From Micrococcales bacterium (GTDB lineage Bacteria; Actinomycetota; Actinomycetes; S36-B12; UBA10799), in assembly GCA_016703125.1 (NCBI GenBank), contig JADJCR010000001.1, positions 71,173-135,172 on the forward strand: a stretch of DNA of 64,000 bases, written 5' to 3'. The notes below the pieces were generated by a model that did not search any database, was not told the DNA's origin, and was given only the letters and a program-made list of their open reading frames with translations. Numbering within the stretch: position 1 is the stretch's first letter; each line of letters starts with the position of its first letter. Of this stretch, positions 40,493 to 50,145 are shown piece by piece. A program made the translations under genes and the position numbers.

Positions 40493-42583
40493 ATGCCATC
40501 CACGCCCCAGCCCCACGTGCGCCCCACCGAAGTCCGCTGGGGCGCCGGGAGTCGACTGGACGACTTCGGCTGGCTGGCCGGTGATGGGCCGGAGGTTCTC
40601 GAGGCGCTGCGCGACGAGCGTGCCTACTACGAGGAACGGGTCCATCAGCTGCGTCCGCTCCGGAATGAACTGGCCGGCGAGATGCGCGGCCTTCTCCCCG
40701 AAACTGACGTGTCGGTCAGTTTCATCCGTCGAGACTACACGTACCTGACGCAGTTCCGGGCCGGTTCGGACCTGCCCTGCCTGGCCCGACGGCCGCGGGC
40801 CGACGACGGCCCGGTCGAGGTCCTCGTCGACCTGGAGGCGGTTGCCCTGCACGAGGGCACCACGTACGCCGAGTTCGGCCTGATCGAGCCGGGACCGGGC
40901 GACCGCACACTGGCGTGGTCGGTCGACCTGACCGGGGGTGAGACGTACTCGTTGCGCTTCCGGGACCTCGCCACCGGCCACGACCTGCCGGATCAGGTAC
41001 CGGGCACTTACTACACGGGTGCCTGGGATGCGGCCGGCACTCGATTCCTCTACGTCGTCCCCGATCACGCCATGCGCCCATGGCAGGTGCGCGAGCACAT
41101 CCTGGGGACTCCCGCGGACTCCGATCGGCTCGTGTTGCAGGAGGATGATGAGTCGTTCGAGGTGACAGCGCGGGCGACGCGTTCCGGGGAGTGGATCGTC
41201 ATCGAGTCGCGCAGCCGGGACACCAGCGAGTCGTGGTTGCTCCCGACCCGGGACACCACAGAAGCCCTGCGTTCGGTCGCCGGACGGCGCCGGGGGATCG
41301 AGTACACCGTCGACCACGCCCCGTGGGGTCAGTCCGACGAACTGCTGATAGTCACCAATGATGAGGCTCCGGAGTTCCGGGTCATGGCCGCAGCGACGGA
41401 CACGCTCGGACCCTGGCGGGAGGTGGTGGCCCACGACCCAGCCGTCCGCGTTCTGGACGCGGACGCATTCGCTGGGCACGTCGTTCTGACATTGCGCCGG
41501 GACGGTCTGCCGGTGCTCCGGGTGGTCAGGCGGGACTGGTCGGCTCCGTACGACATCCTCCCCACAGACGAGGCGGCCACGGTCTGCCTGATCCGGGTGG
41601 ACGACTTCGACCCGAGGGCCGTGACGATCCGCACCGAAGCCCGCACGGAGCCGGCCTCCTGGTGGGACGTGAACCTGGAGTCCGGCGACCGGCGCGAAGT
41701 GCACAGGACGGCTGCCCCCGGCCTTGAACCGGCGCGCTACGCCGCCTCGCGGGTGTGGGTCCCGGTCAGGGATGGCGCCTTGGTTCCGGTGACCTTGTGG
41801 CGGCGCCACGACGTCGCGCTCGACGGGAGCGCGCCCTGCCTGCTGTACGGCTATGGCGCCTACGAGTACGTCTTCGAGCCCGAGTTCGACGCGGCCCTTC
41901 CGCCGCTGCTGGAGCGCGGGGTCGTCTTCGCTCATGCGCACGTGCGCGGCGGCGGCGAGATGGGGCGGACCTGGTGGGAGCAGGGCAGACTCTTGCGCAA
42001 GCGCACCACCTTCGACGACTTCGTCGACGTCGCGGACGCTCTCGCTCACGACGGTGCCCTCGGCCTGGTGGACGGACGCCGCATTGCGAGCCGGGGGTTG
42101 TCCGCCGGGGGGCTGCTGCAGGGTGCGGTGTACTCGCAACGGCCGGACCGCTGGCGGGCGGTGGTCGCCGAGGTCCCCTTCGTCGATGTCGTGACCGCGA
42201 TGTCGGACCCCTCCATCCCGTTGACGGTCAACGAGTGGGACGAGTGGGGAGACCCGCGCGACCCCGCATTCATGACCTACCTCGCCGGGTACTCGCCCTA
42301 CGACAATCTGCCGCCGGCGGCCGGCCGACCGCCGCTGCTCGTGACCGGAGCACTGCACGACCCCCGTGTGCTGGTCCGCGAGCCGGCGAAATGGGTGAGT
42401 GCGCTACGGGCGACTGATCCAGACGAGGGCGCGGGCACGGACCCGGCCGATCCCACATCACCGGGCACGGTGCTGTTCCGGGTCGAAACCGCCGAGGGCT
42501 CCCACTCCGGGCCGGCCGGACGTTTCGGGCACCTGGAGTACGAGGCTGAGGTGGCGGCGTGGGTCCTCGCCGCGCTGTCCTGA
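40493..42583 (+). CDS. S9A prolyl-oligopeptidase-family protein (oligopeptidase B-like)
   Basis: Track ORF with an N-terminal beta-propeller region and a C-terminal hydrolase. Motifs are LLYGYGAYE, RGGGEMGRTWWEQG, SRGLSAGGLL (nucleophile Ser) and LVTGALHDPRV. Confidence 0.85.
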   Translation: MPSTPQPHVRPTEVRWGAGSRLDDFGWLAGDGPEVLEALRDERAYYEERVHQLRPLRNELAGEMRGLLPETDVSVSFIRRDYTYLTQFRAGSDLPCLARRPRADDGPVEVLVDLEAVALHEGTTYAEFGLIEPGPGDRTLAWSVDLTGGETYSLRFRDLATGHDLPDQVPGTYYTGAWDAAGTRFLYVVPDHAMRPWQVREHILGTPADSDRLVLQEDDESFEVTARATRSGEWIVIESRSRDTSESWLLPTRDTTEALRSVAGRRRGIEYTVDHAPWGQSDELLIVTNDEAPEFRVMAAATDTLGPWREVVAHDPAVRVLDADAFAGHVVLTLRRDGLPVLRVVRRDWSAPYDILPTDEAATVCLIRVDDFDPRAVTIRTEARTEPASWWDVNLESGDRREVHRTAAPGLEPARYAASRVWVPVRDGALVPVTLWRRHDVALDGSAPCLLYGYGAYEYVFEPEFDAALPPLLERGVVFAHAHVRGGGEMGRTWWEQGRLLRKRTTFDDFVDVADALAHDGALGLVDGRRIASRGLSAGGLLQGAVYSQRPDRWRAVVAEVPFVDVVTAMSDPSIPLTVNEWDEWGDPRDPAFMTYLAGYSPYDNLPPAAGRPPLLVTGALHDPRVLVREPAKWVSALRATDPDEGAGTDPADPTSPGTVLFRVETAEGSHSGPAGRFGHLEYEAEVAAWVLAALS

Positions 42584-42762
42584 TGCGCGCATTCGCTGCC
42601 CAGTCCTTTGACGCGGCGAGGGTGGAGGTTGTGGACGATCTCCAACCTCGCTGCTGGCTGCAACGGTCCGACTCTGCTGGCGGCCGGGTGGAACCCCCAC
42701 CTCGCTGATGGCTGCGACGCCGTAGACGAACTCGCAATGCCTGCCGGGTCGGCGCCCACCCC

Positions 42763-43467
42763 TTACTGCTCCGGCACCAGGACGATGCGTGCGCCGTTCT
42801 CGACGGCGGAGTCAGCCATGGCATTGGCCACCGCCGCGCCGACCGTGTTGGTGTCGGTGAAGGTCCGGAACGCCTTGCCGGGGTTGCGGGTCCTCATCTC
42901 GTCGTCTACGAGGGCGTTGACCACGAGGATCAGGGCCCGCGCCGAGGTGCCGTCGAAACTGGCGCCGAGCGCTCGCATCCACGTCTCGGCGGCCCCCTTG
43001 ATGCTCGCGTAGGCGGCATTGCCCGCACTGGGCGCCAGCACCTGGGCGCTCGACAGCATGAAGTACCGCCCGGCGGGGGAGGCGATCAGAACCTCGCGGA
43101 AGGCCGCGCTCGTGACCCGGAGCGTGCCGAAGATTCCCGGCTCCAGCGCCGCGAACTGCTCTGCGGCTTTCCGGTCCACGGTCGTCGACCCCTGCCAGCC
43201 GCCGACAAGATGGACGACGGTGTCGATCCGCCCGTGTCGCTCGAGCAGGTCGTCCCGAAACGCCTCGACGGCGTCGTAGTCGAGGAGGTTCACGGTCCTG
43301 GCCTCGGCCGTCCCGCCGGCCGCGACCACGGCCTGTGCCGCACTCCCGGCCAGGGCTTCATCGCGGTCGACCATGACCACATGCGCACGACCGGCGAGCG
43401 CCATGGACACGCCGCGGCCGCCCATGCCCGCCCCCAGAACGATGGCCACGGGCAGTGATGTGCTCAT
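42763..43467 (-). CDS. SDR-like oxidoreductase
   Basis: Track ORF. It has a Gly-rich N-terminus (VAIVLGAGMGGRG) and YASIKGA (YxxxK). It overlaps the upstream gene by 4 nt. Confidence 0.75.
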   Translation of the reverse strand: MSTSLPVAIVLGAGMGGRGVSMALAGRAHVVMVDRDEALAGSAAQAVVAAGGTAEARTVNLLDYDAVEAFRDDLLERHGRIDTVVHLVGGWQGSTTVDRKAAEQFAALEPGIFGTLRVTSAAFREVLIASPAGRYFMLSSAQVLAPSAGNAAYASIKGAAETWMRALGASFDGTSARALILVVNALVDDEMRTRNPGKAFRTFTDTNTVGAAVANAMADSAVENGARIVLVPEQ

Positions 43468-45549
43468 CCACTCACTCCTGTGATCCCGCGCGTCGATTCG
43501 ATGACGGGCGCCAGTTTCTTCCGCAGCGCCTCATAGAAGACGTTGAGGGGGAACTCGTCGGGCAGCACCTCGTCGACCGCGAGCCGGGGCTCGCTCGGGA
43601 GGGCCTGCGCTCCCTGCGCCCAGACGGATGCCGGATTCGGGGGGACGAGCCCGCTGACGAAGGTGTGCGCTGCCATCCAGTGCCCCATCCGGGAACGCTC
43701 GATGCCCTCGTTGTAGAGGGTCTCGATCTCGCCGCAGAGTTCGCAGACGGAGTCGTACACGCGGGGCCAGTCGAGGCTCAGCGTGTTGTCCGTCCACCGG
43801 AGAACACCATTGCGGTGCAGCCAGGCGAAAAGGATCTGGCCGCCCAACCCGTCGTAGTTGCGCACCCGCTCGCCGGTTGTCGGGAAGCGGAAGAGCCGGT
43901 CGAACAGGATCGCGATGCGCACGTGCCGGGCGAGCGTCGCGCCTCGGGACTCCAGAGCGGGGGTCTCCCGGAATGTGGTGAGATCGCAGCGCAGTTCCTC
44001 CAGGCCGTACATCCAGTACGGCATCCGCTGCTTGATCATGAAGGGGTCGAACGGCAGGTCCCCGTGACTGTGCGTACGGTCGCACGAGGTCCCACAGAAT
44101 GAACGTCTCCTGTGCCAGCCGCTGGTCCTCCAGCAGTCGCTCCGCGTCCGGCGGTAGCGACAACGCCAACAGGTCGGCTGCCGCGGCCGAGACGCGCCGG
44201 AAGCGTGCGGACTCCCGGTCGCAGAAGATGCCGCCCCACGAGAAACGCGCTGTCTCGCGGGTTGCCACTGTCTCGGGGAAGAGCACTGCCGAGTGGGTGT
44301 CGTACCCCTTGGTGAAGCCCACGAACTCGATGGGGACGAACGCCGGGTTGTCGTAGTTGCCGGCCTCCAGTTCCGCGATCCAGTCGGGCCATACGGTCCG
44401 CGTGACCACGGCTTCGAAATTCCGGTTCAGGTTCCCGTTCTGCGTGTACATCGGAAACACGGTCAGGTGCTCGACGCCGTCGCGGCGTTCCTGCTCGGGG
44501 TGGAACAGCAGCAGCGAGTCGAGGAAGTCCGGTACGCCCAGTCCCGCATCGCGCCAGGCCAGCAGATCGGTGACCGTGGCTTCGAGCTGCGCTTGCTGGT
44601 GGGGGAACCGGGGACTCAGCGCGCTGACGGCCTCGGCGATCGCGGCCACCAGGCCAGCCGCACGGTCGCGATGCTCCGGGGCGACCGCTCCGTCTTTGGC
44701 CTGCAAGGGGCGCAACTGCTCGATCGCAGCAACCAGGACCTCCCAGTCCGGGTCCTCGACCGCGCCGGTCCCGCCAGTCACAGCGGGAGTTACCGAGGCG
44801 CGTCCGGTCCCGGCCCAGGTGACGAGGTTCAGCCACAGCCGGCGGTGCCCGAGGTCTTCGATGGAGTCGTCGCCGAAGAGATCCGAGTCGGCGGCGACGA
44901 CGACCCGGCCGGCACCGCTGGGGACGGCGGCGATGAGCGGCTCACCCGGGAGGGTGGCCTGCGGGGAGGTCACCAGCACCGCGAACGCCTCGGGTGCCGT
45001 CAGCCGCAGCACGCCTGCCCGGTAGCAGCAGGCTGCGGAGACTTCGGCGAGCAGATCGCGGTCGGTGGGTGGTCCGGGCTGGCCGAGCACCCACGTGCTG
45101 ACGTCCTTGAACCGGTTCACCGGATCCTGGACGGTCGTCGACACCACGTCGATCCCGAATCGTCCTGTGAGGTCGCCCAGGACGTTCCCGTACTTCTCCT
45201 GCTCCGTCTCCGCGAGCACGATCAGCCCGCCCCCGGCTGCGACGAAACCCTCGATAGCGGCCAGTTCATCGGGAGCGTGCGCGGGTGACCCGATCCCGGT
45301 GGTGGCCTCCCACGCGTCCTCTGAACAGTGCGGAATCACCAGCACGTCCACGTCGGCCAGCGCTGCTGGCGTCAATGCCCCGTCTTCGTGAGCGCGCACC
45401 TCGTAGCCTGCGCTCCGCAGGGACTCTGCAGCGACCACGTACCCCGCGTCGGCCGGAGCCCGCGGGTTCATCTGTGCGGCGAGATCCGGACGGGTCGTCC
45501 AGGCCTGCCGATGGGCTTCATCTACGAGTACGACACCCAGGCTGCGCAT
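43464..45549 (-). pseudogene. Large (~690 aa) conserved hypothetical two-domain protein, frameshifted near 44079-44085
   Basis: Track ORF 43531..45549 is protein-like up to ...RLAQETFILWDLV and junk after that. DRTHSHGDLPFDPFMIKQRMPYWMYGLEELRCDLTTF... continues in the +1 frame (track ORF 43464..44039). I cannot confirm a family name; the C-terminal half resembles actinobacterial DUF proteins. Confidence 0.7.
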
Positions 45550-45635
45550 TCTGGCAGTGTCGCACCTGTCTGCTCTCGCTGGCCAACTCAGATGCCGCGC
45601 AGCGTGGCAGTTGGCGTACGTCCGCGAGGCGCAAC

Positions 45636-46435
45636 ATGACCGCAGTGACCACGGCGTCGGGCTACAGTCGTCCAGTGAGCGAGTGCGTCTCGTATTCGAC
45701 CAACGGCCCAGTCGCTGTGGTGCACCTCGATCGGCCGAACCGCCTGAACGCGGTCGTGCCCGCGCTGGTCGACGGCATGCTGGGAGCGTTCGAGCGGGCC
45801 CGGGGCGAAGGAGTCGGGGTCATCATCCTGGCCGGCCGCGGGCGCGCGTTCTGCGCGGGCCACGACTTGAAGGAACCGGCGCCTGCCGAGGACGAGGCGG
45901 CGGCCCGGCTTCGGCTGCAGCGGATCCAGGACGTCACCCGCGCAATCCGGTCGTTCCCGGGCCCGGTCATCGCCGCCGTCCACGGTTATGCGCTCGGTGC
46001 CGGCGCCGAGTTCGCCCTGGGATGCGACCTCGTCGTGGCGGCCCAGGACGCCCGATTCGGGTTCCCCGAGGTGGGTGTCGGGCTCAGCGTGACCGGGGGA
46101 TCTCCGCGCTGCTCCCACGCACCGTCGGCCCGATGCGGGCCAAGGAACTGCTGTTCCTGGGCGAGCACCTGTCGGCCGACGACGCCCACCGTCTCGGGCT
46201 GGTGAACCGGGTCGTCCCTACCGGGTCGCACGAGGAGGTCGCACACGATTTCGCGCAGCGGCTCGTCGCACAGCCCCCGGCCGCCCTGGCGCTGGCCAAG
46301 TCGCTGCTCGACCACGGGGTGGACTCGACCGAGTCGGGCGCGTTGCAGCGCGAGGTGGATGCCGCGATCGCCACCATGTCGACCGACGAGGCACAGTCCG
46401 CTGCAGAGGTCTTCCGGGGGAGAGCCGGTGGCTGA
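45636..46435 (+). pseudogene. Enoyl-CoA hydratase/isomerase-family protein, frameshifted near 46094-46099
   Basis: VAVVHLDRPNRLNAV...ILAGRGRAFCAGHDLKE...AAVHGYALGAGAEFALGCDL...FGFPEVGVGLSVTGG is followed by junk. (I)SALLPRTVGPMRAKELLFLGEHLSADDAHRLGLVNRVV continues in the -1 frame (tail of track ORF 45557..46435). The break is at a G5 run. Confidence 0.8.
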
Positions 46436-48005
46436 TCGAGGGGGCGCGGCAGGTTCGGTCGCCGAGGCGAAGGATCTCGTTGCCGCCGTCGACCGTGCGG
46501 CTCGCCTCTGGCCCGACCGTCCTGCCTGGACGTTCGACCCGGGGGAGTCCCTGACCTTCGCGGACGTCGCCCGTCGATCGGCCGGCCTCGCCGCGGCGCT
46601 GGCCGACCAAAGGGTCGCCGTCGGCGACCGGGTCGCCGTGATGATGGCCAACCGGGCGGAGTTCCCGCTGACCTGGGTCGCCCTGGCCCGGCTCGGCGCG
46701 ACGATGGTCCCCCTGAACCCGCAATACCGCGCCGACGACGCCGGCCACATCCTCGAACACTCCCGTGCGGCTTCCGTCGTTGCATCCGGTGACCTCACCG
46801 GATGCGTGCGCGAGGCGCTTGCCTGCGCCGATCTGGATGTGCCGGTCCTCGGGGTCGAACGGTTGCCGGGTGCGGGCCTTCCGCTGGGGAGCTCCCGAGC
46901 GCCCGCGCACCGGGTCGCCGCGGAGGACACCGTGAACATCCAGTACACCTCCGGCACGACCGGACGACCCAAGGGGTGCGTCCTGTCTCACCGCTACTGG
47001 ATGGAACTCGGCGGCGGTCTGGTGGACGAGTTCCCCCACCTTGGTCCCGGCGACACCATGCTCACCGCGCAGGCGTTCTCGTACATCGACCCGCAGTGGA
47101 ACGTGGTCGCAGCGATGCTGGCGGGGGCGCACCTGGTCGTCCTGGACGCCTTCCACCCCTCCACGTTCTGGTCCAAGGTGCGGGAGCACGCGGTGACGTA
47201 CTTCTACTGCCTGGCTGCGATGCCCACCCTGCTGCTGAAGATGCCTCCCGACCCGCTCGACCGTTCGCACCGGGTCCGGGTCGTCCAGTGCTCGGCCATC
47301 CCGCCCGCGCGCCACGAGGAGTTGGAGAAGCGGTGGGGCGTGAAGTGGTACGAGGCGTTCGGAATGACCGAGACCGGAGCCGACCTGCGCGTGACAGACG
47401 CGGATCACGATCTTCTCGTGGGCAGCGGCTGTGTGGGGGCTGCGGCGCGGGCGCGGGAGGCCAGGATCGTGGACGCCCAGAACCTGCCGGTGCCCCGGGG
47501 TGAGGTCGGCGAACTGGTGTTGCGCGGACCGGGCCTGATGGACCGGTACGAGGCCGACCCGGACGCGACGGCGGCCGCCTTCCGCGGCGGCTGGTTCCAC
47601 ACCGGCGACCTCGGGCGGATGGACGAGGCGGGACGCGTGTATTTGGTGGGGCGTTTGAAGGACATGATCCGGCGCGCAGGGGAGAACGTGTCCGCCCGTG
47701 AGGTCGAGGAGGTCCTGCTCACCCACGACGCCGTCCGGCTGGCAGCCGTGGTGCCGGTCCCCGACGACCTGCGCGGCGAGGAGGTGAAGGCGTTCGTGTC
47801 CTTGGCGGGGGCCGACCGCCCGGAGCAGTTGCTCCTTGGTGAACTCGCAGAGCATTGCGGGCAGCGGCTGGCCCGCTTCAAGGTGCCGCGCTACTGGGAG
47901 GTGTGCGACGACCTGCCGGTCACGGCGTCGCACCGGGTCGCGAAGGCCCGCTTGGTCCCGGTCCCCGGCCGGACGTGGGACCGCGTGGATGGGGTGTGGA
48001 GATGA
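46428..48005 (+). CDS. AMP-dependent synthetase/ligase (acyl-CoA synthetase family)
   Basis: Track ORF 46359..48005. The GTG at 46428 overlaps the upstream stop. Motifs are IQYTSGTTGRPKG, YEAFGMTETG, WFHTGDLGRMDEAGRVYLVGRLKDMI and FKVPRY. Confidence 0.85.
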   Translation: MADRGGAAGSVAEAKDLVAAVDRAARLWPDRPAWTFDPGESLTFADVARRSAGLAAALADQRVAVGDRVAVMMANRAEFPLTWVALARLGATMVPLNPQYRADDAGHILEHSRAASVVASGDLTGCVREALACADLDVPVLGVERLPGAGLPLGSSRAPAHRVAAEDTVNIQYTSGTTGRPKGCVLSHRYWMELGGGLVDEFPHLGPGDTMLTAQAFSYIDPQWNVVAAMLAGAHLVVLDAFHPSTFWSKVREHAVTYFYCLAAMPTLLLKMPPDPLDRSHRVRVVQCSAIPPARHEELEKRWGVKWYEAFGMTETGADLRVTDADHDLLVGSGCVGAAARAREARIVDAQNLPVPRGEVGELVLRGPGLMDRYEADPDATAAAFRGGWFHTGDLGRMDEAGRVYLVGRLKDMIRRAGENVSAREVEEVLLTHDAVRLAAVVPVPDDLRGEEVKAFVSLAGADRPEQLLLGELAEHCGQRLARFKVPRYWEVCDDLPVTASHRVAKARLVPVPGRTWDRVDGVWR

Positions 48006-48460
48006 CCGTGACCGGACCGGCCTGTTACCGGTACGACAGCCCGGTCTACTTCGATGAGTTGGACCCGCTGGGCGTCATGCACAACTCGCGCTTCGCGGTA
48101 CACGTGGAACGGGCCCAGTCCGCCCTGTTCGAGGAGCTCGGCTACGGCTGGACCGACCTGTCCCAACGGCACGAGGACATCGGCTACGTGGTCCGCGCGA
48201 TCGCCCTGGAGTTCACCGCGCCGGTGGCCTGCCCGGGTGTCATGACCGTCGAGGTGGTCGCCGTCCGGCTGGGGCGTACCAGTGCCACTTGGGGGTACCG
48301 CTGTGCAGTGCCCGCACCCGGGGGCGACGGCATCCCGGTGGCCCACGGGACCCGCGTGCTGGTCAAGGCCGACGACGCCGGACAGCCGATCCCATGGACC
48401 GATTCGTTCCAGGCTCTGTTCGGCTGGCTGGCCGCGGGAGCGCAGGGGCCGCGGCCGTGA
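48002..48460 (+). CDS. Hotdog-fold acyl-CoA thioesterase (4HBT/YbgC-like)
   Basis: The ATG overlaps the ligase stop (ATGA). YRYDSPVYFDELDPLGVMHNSRFAVHVERA is typical of 4HBT-type thioesterases. Confidence 0.7.
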   Translation: MTVTGPACYRYDSPVYFDELDPLGVMHNSRFAVHVERAQSALFEELGYGWTDLSQRHEDIGYVVRAIALEFTAPVACPGVMTVEVVAVRLGRTSATWGYRCAVPAPGGDGIPVAHGTRVLVKADDAGQPIPWTDSFQALFGWLAAGAQGPRP

Positions 48461-50145
48461 TCGCCGACCTCCTGCTCACCGACGCGACCGTCCTGACGAT
48501 GGCACCCGAGGGCTCCGGGGTCGCACCTCGGGCCGGTGTCGTGGCGCTGCTCGGCGACCGGGTCGTGCACGTTGGCCCGGAGGATGCAGGGCTGACCGCG
48601 CGGCGCACGGTGTCCCTCGGCGGCCGGTGCGTCGTGCCCGGGTTCCACGACGCCCACCAGCACATGGCCTGGTTCGGTGCCAGCCTGGACGAGATCGATC
48701 TGTCCACCCCGCCGGTCCGCAACCTCGACGACGTTGCTGCCGCGGTCGCAGCCGCCAGCGCGATCACGCCGGCGGACCGGTGGATCGTCGGGAACGGCTA
48801 CGACGAGAACAAGATCGCGGCCATCCTGATCGGGACCCTGTTGGAGCGGGCGGCGCCCGGGCGCCGAGTCCAGCTCACCCACACGTCCGGGCACATGAGC
48901 GTCGTGAGTGCGGCAGTTCTGGCGGACTTGGACATCTCCGAACGCGGCCGAGAGGTGCCGGGCGGGACGATCGTGCTGGACGGCTCCGGTCGACCCACGG
49001 GACTCCTTCAGGAGCAGGCCCAGAACCTGCTCGAGCCACTACGCCGCCCGGTCCTGGTCGACGACGTCGTCCATGCGCTGGCGCGGGCCAGCGAGGTCTA
49101 TGTCCGTCAGGGCATCACCAGCGTGGTGGAGGCTGGCGTGGGCGGGGGCTGGATCGGTCGCACCCCGGTCGAGGCGCTGGCCTACCAGCGGGCCCGCGAT
49201 GCCGGGCGCCTCGCCGTCCGCGTTGAGCTCATGGTGGCGTCCGACGTGCTTCACGCGCTCGGCGCAAGCGATGCGGACGCACTGGGTGAGGGCATCGACC
49301 TGGGTCTTCGCACCGGGTTCGGCGACGACCGCTTGCGGCTCGGACCGGTGAAGGTGTTCTCCGACGGGTCGCTGATCGGACACACCGCCGCCATGTGTAC
49401 CGACTTCAGCGACACCCCCGGCGTCCGCGGCTACCTGCAGGATGACGCAGACTCACTTGTCGACACGATCGTGTCCGCCCACCGCTCCGGCTGGCGGGTC
49501 GCCACCCACGCCATCGGCGACGCCGCGATAGACCTCGTCCTCGACGCGTACGAACGCTGTGCGCGCGACCACCCGCGGACCGGCTGGGGTGGCCGTCCGG
49601 GAAACCCGGAGCCGCGGCACCGGATCGAGCACTTCGGAGTCGCCCGACCCGACCAGGTGGTCAGGGCGGCCCGCCTCGGCGTCGTGCCGGTGCCCCAGGG
49701 CCGTTTCGTCGGTGAGATCGGCGACGGTATGCGACGGGCGCTGGGACTGCAGCGCTCCGATTGGGCCTACCGCCACGCATCGCTGCTGGCGGCTGGACTG
49801 GTCGTACCGGGCAGCAGCGACCGGCCCGTCGTCGATGGCCGCCCCATGCTGGGGATCCACGACATGGTGAACCGGCGGACAGCGTCCGGGGACCTGCTCG
49901 GCGCGGGCGAGGTGGTCCCCGCCCACGACGCGCTGCGGGCCTACACCTACGGGTCGGCCTACGCCTCCTACGAAGAGGACCGCAAAGGGTGGATCGGTCC
50001 GGGAACGCTCGCCGACCTCGCGGTCCTGTCCGACGACCCCACGCGGGTGGACCCGGCTTCGCTGACGGACATCGAGGTACTGGCGACCGTGGTCGGCGGT
50101 GAGGTTGTGTGGGACGCCGGCCTGGGGATCGGAGGTCCGGCATGA
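48457..50145 (+). CDS. Amidohydrolase-family protein (Amidohydro_3-like metal-dependent hydrolase)
   Basis: The GTG overlaps the thioesterase stop (GTGA). Motifs are VIADLLLTDATVLTM, PGFHDAHQHM (HxH), ATHAIGD and IEHFG. Confidence 0.8.
   Translation: MIADLLLTDATVLTMAPEGSGVAPRAGVVALLGDRVVHVGPEDAGLTARRTVSLGGRCVVPGFHDAHQHMAWFGASLDEIDLSTPPVRNLDDVAAAVAAASAITPADRWIVGNGYDENKIAAILIGTLLERAAPGRRVQLTHTSGHMSVVSAAVLADLDISERGREVPGGTIVLDGSGRPTGLLQEQAQNLLEPLRRPVLVDDVVHALARASEVYVRQGITSVVEAGVGGGWIGRTPVEALAYQRARDAGRLAVRVELMVASDVLHALGASDADALGEGIDLGLRTGFGDDRLRLGPVKVFSDGSLIGHTAAMCTDFSDTPGVRGYLQDDADSLVDTIVSAHRSGWRVATHAIGDAAIDLVLDAYERCARDHPRTGWGGRPGNPEPRHRIEHFGVARPDQVVRAARLGVVPVPQGRFVGEIGDGMRRALGLQRSDWAYRHASLLAAGLVVPGSSDRPVVDGRPMLGIHDMVNRRTASGDLLGAGEVVPAHDALRAYTYGSAYASYEEDRKGWIGPGTLADLAVLSDDPTRVDPASLTDIEVLATVVGGEVVWDAGLGIGGPA

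Noticed and set aside
42608-43012. 134-aa plus-strand ORF that starts in the intergenic repeat region
   Set aside because: Most of it is antisense to the SDR gene (42763..43467), which has clear SDR motifs. The N-terminal part simply translates the repeated hairpin element.
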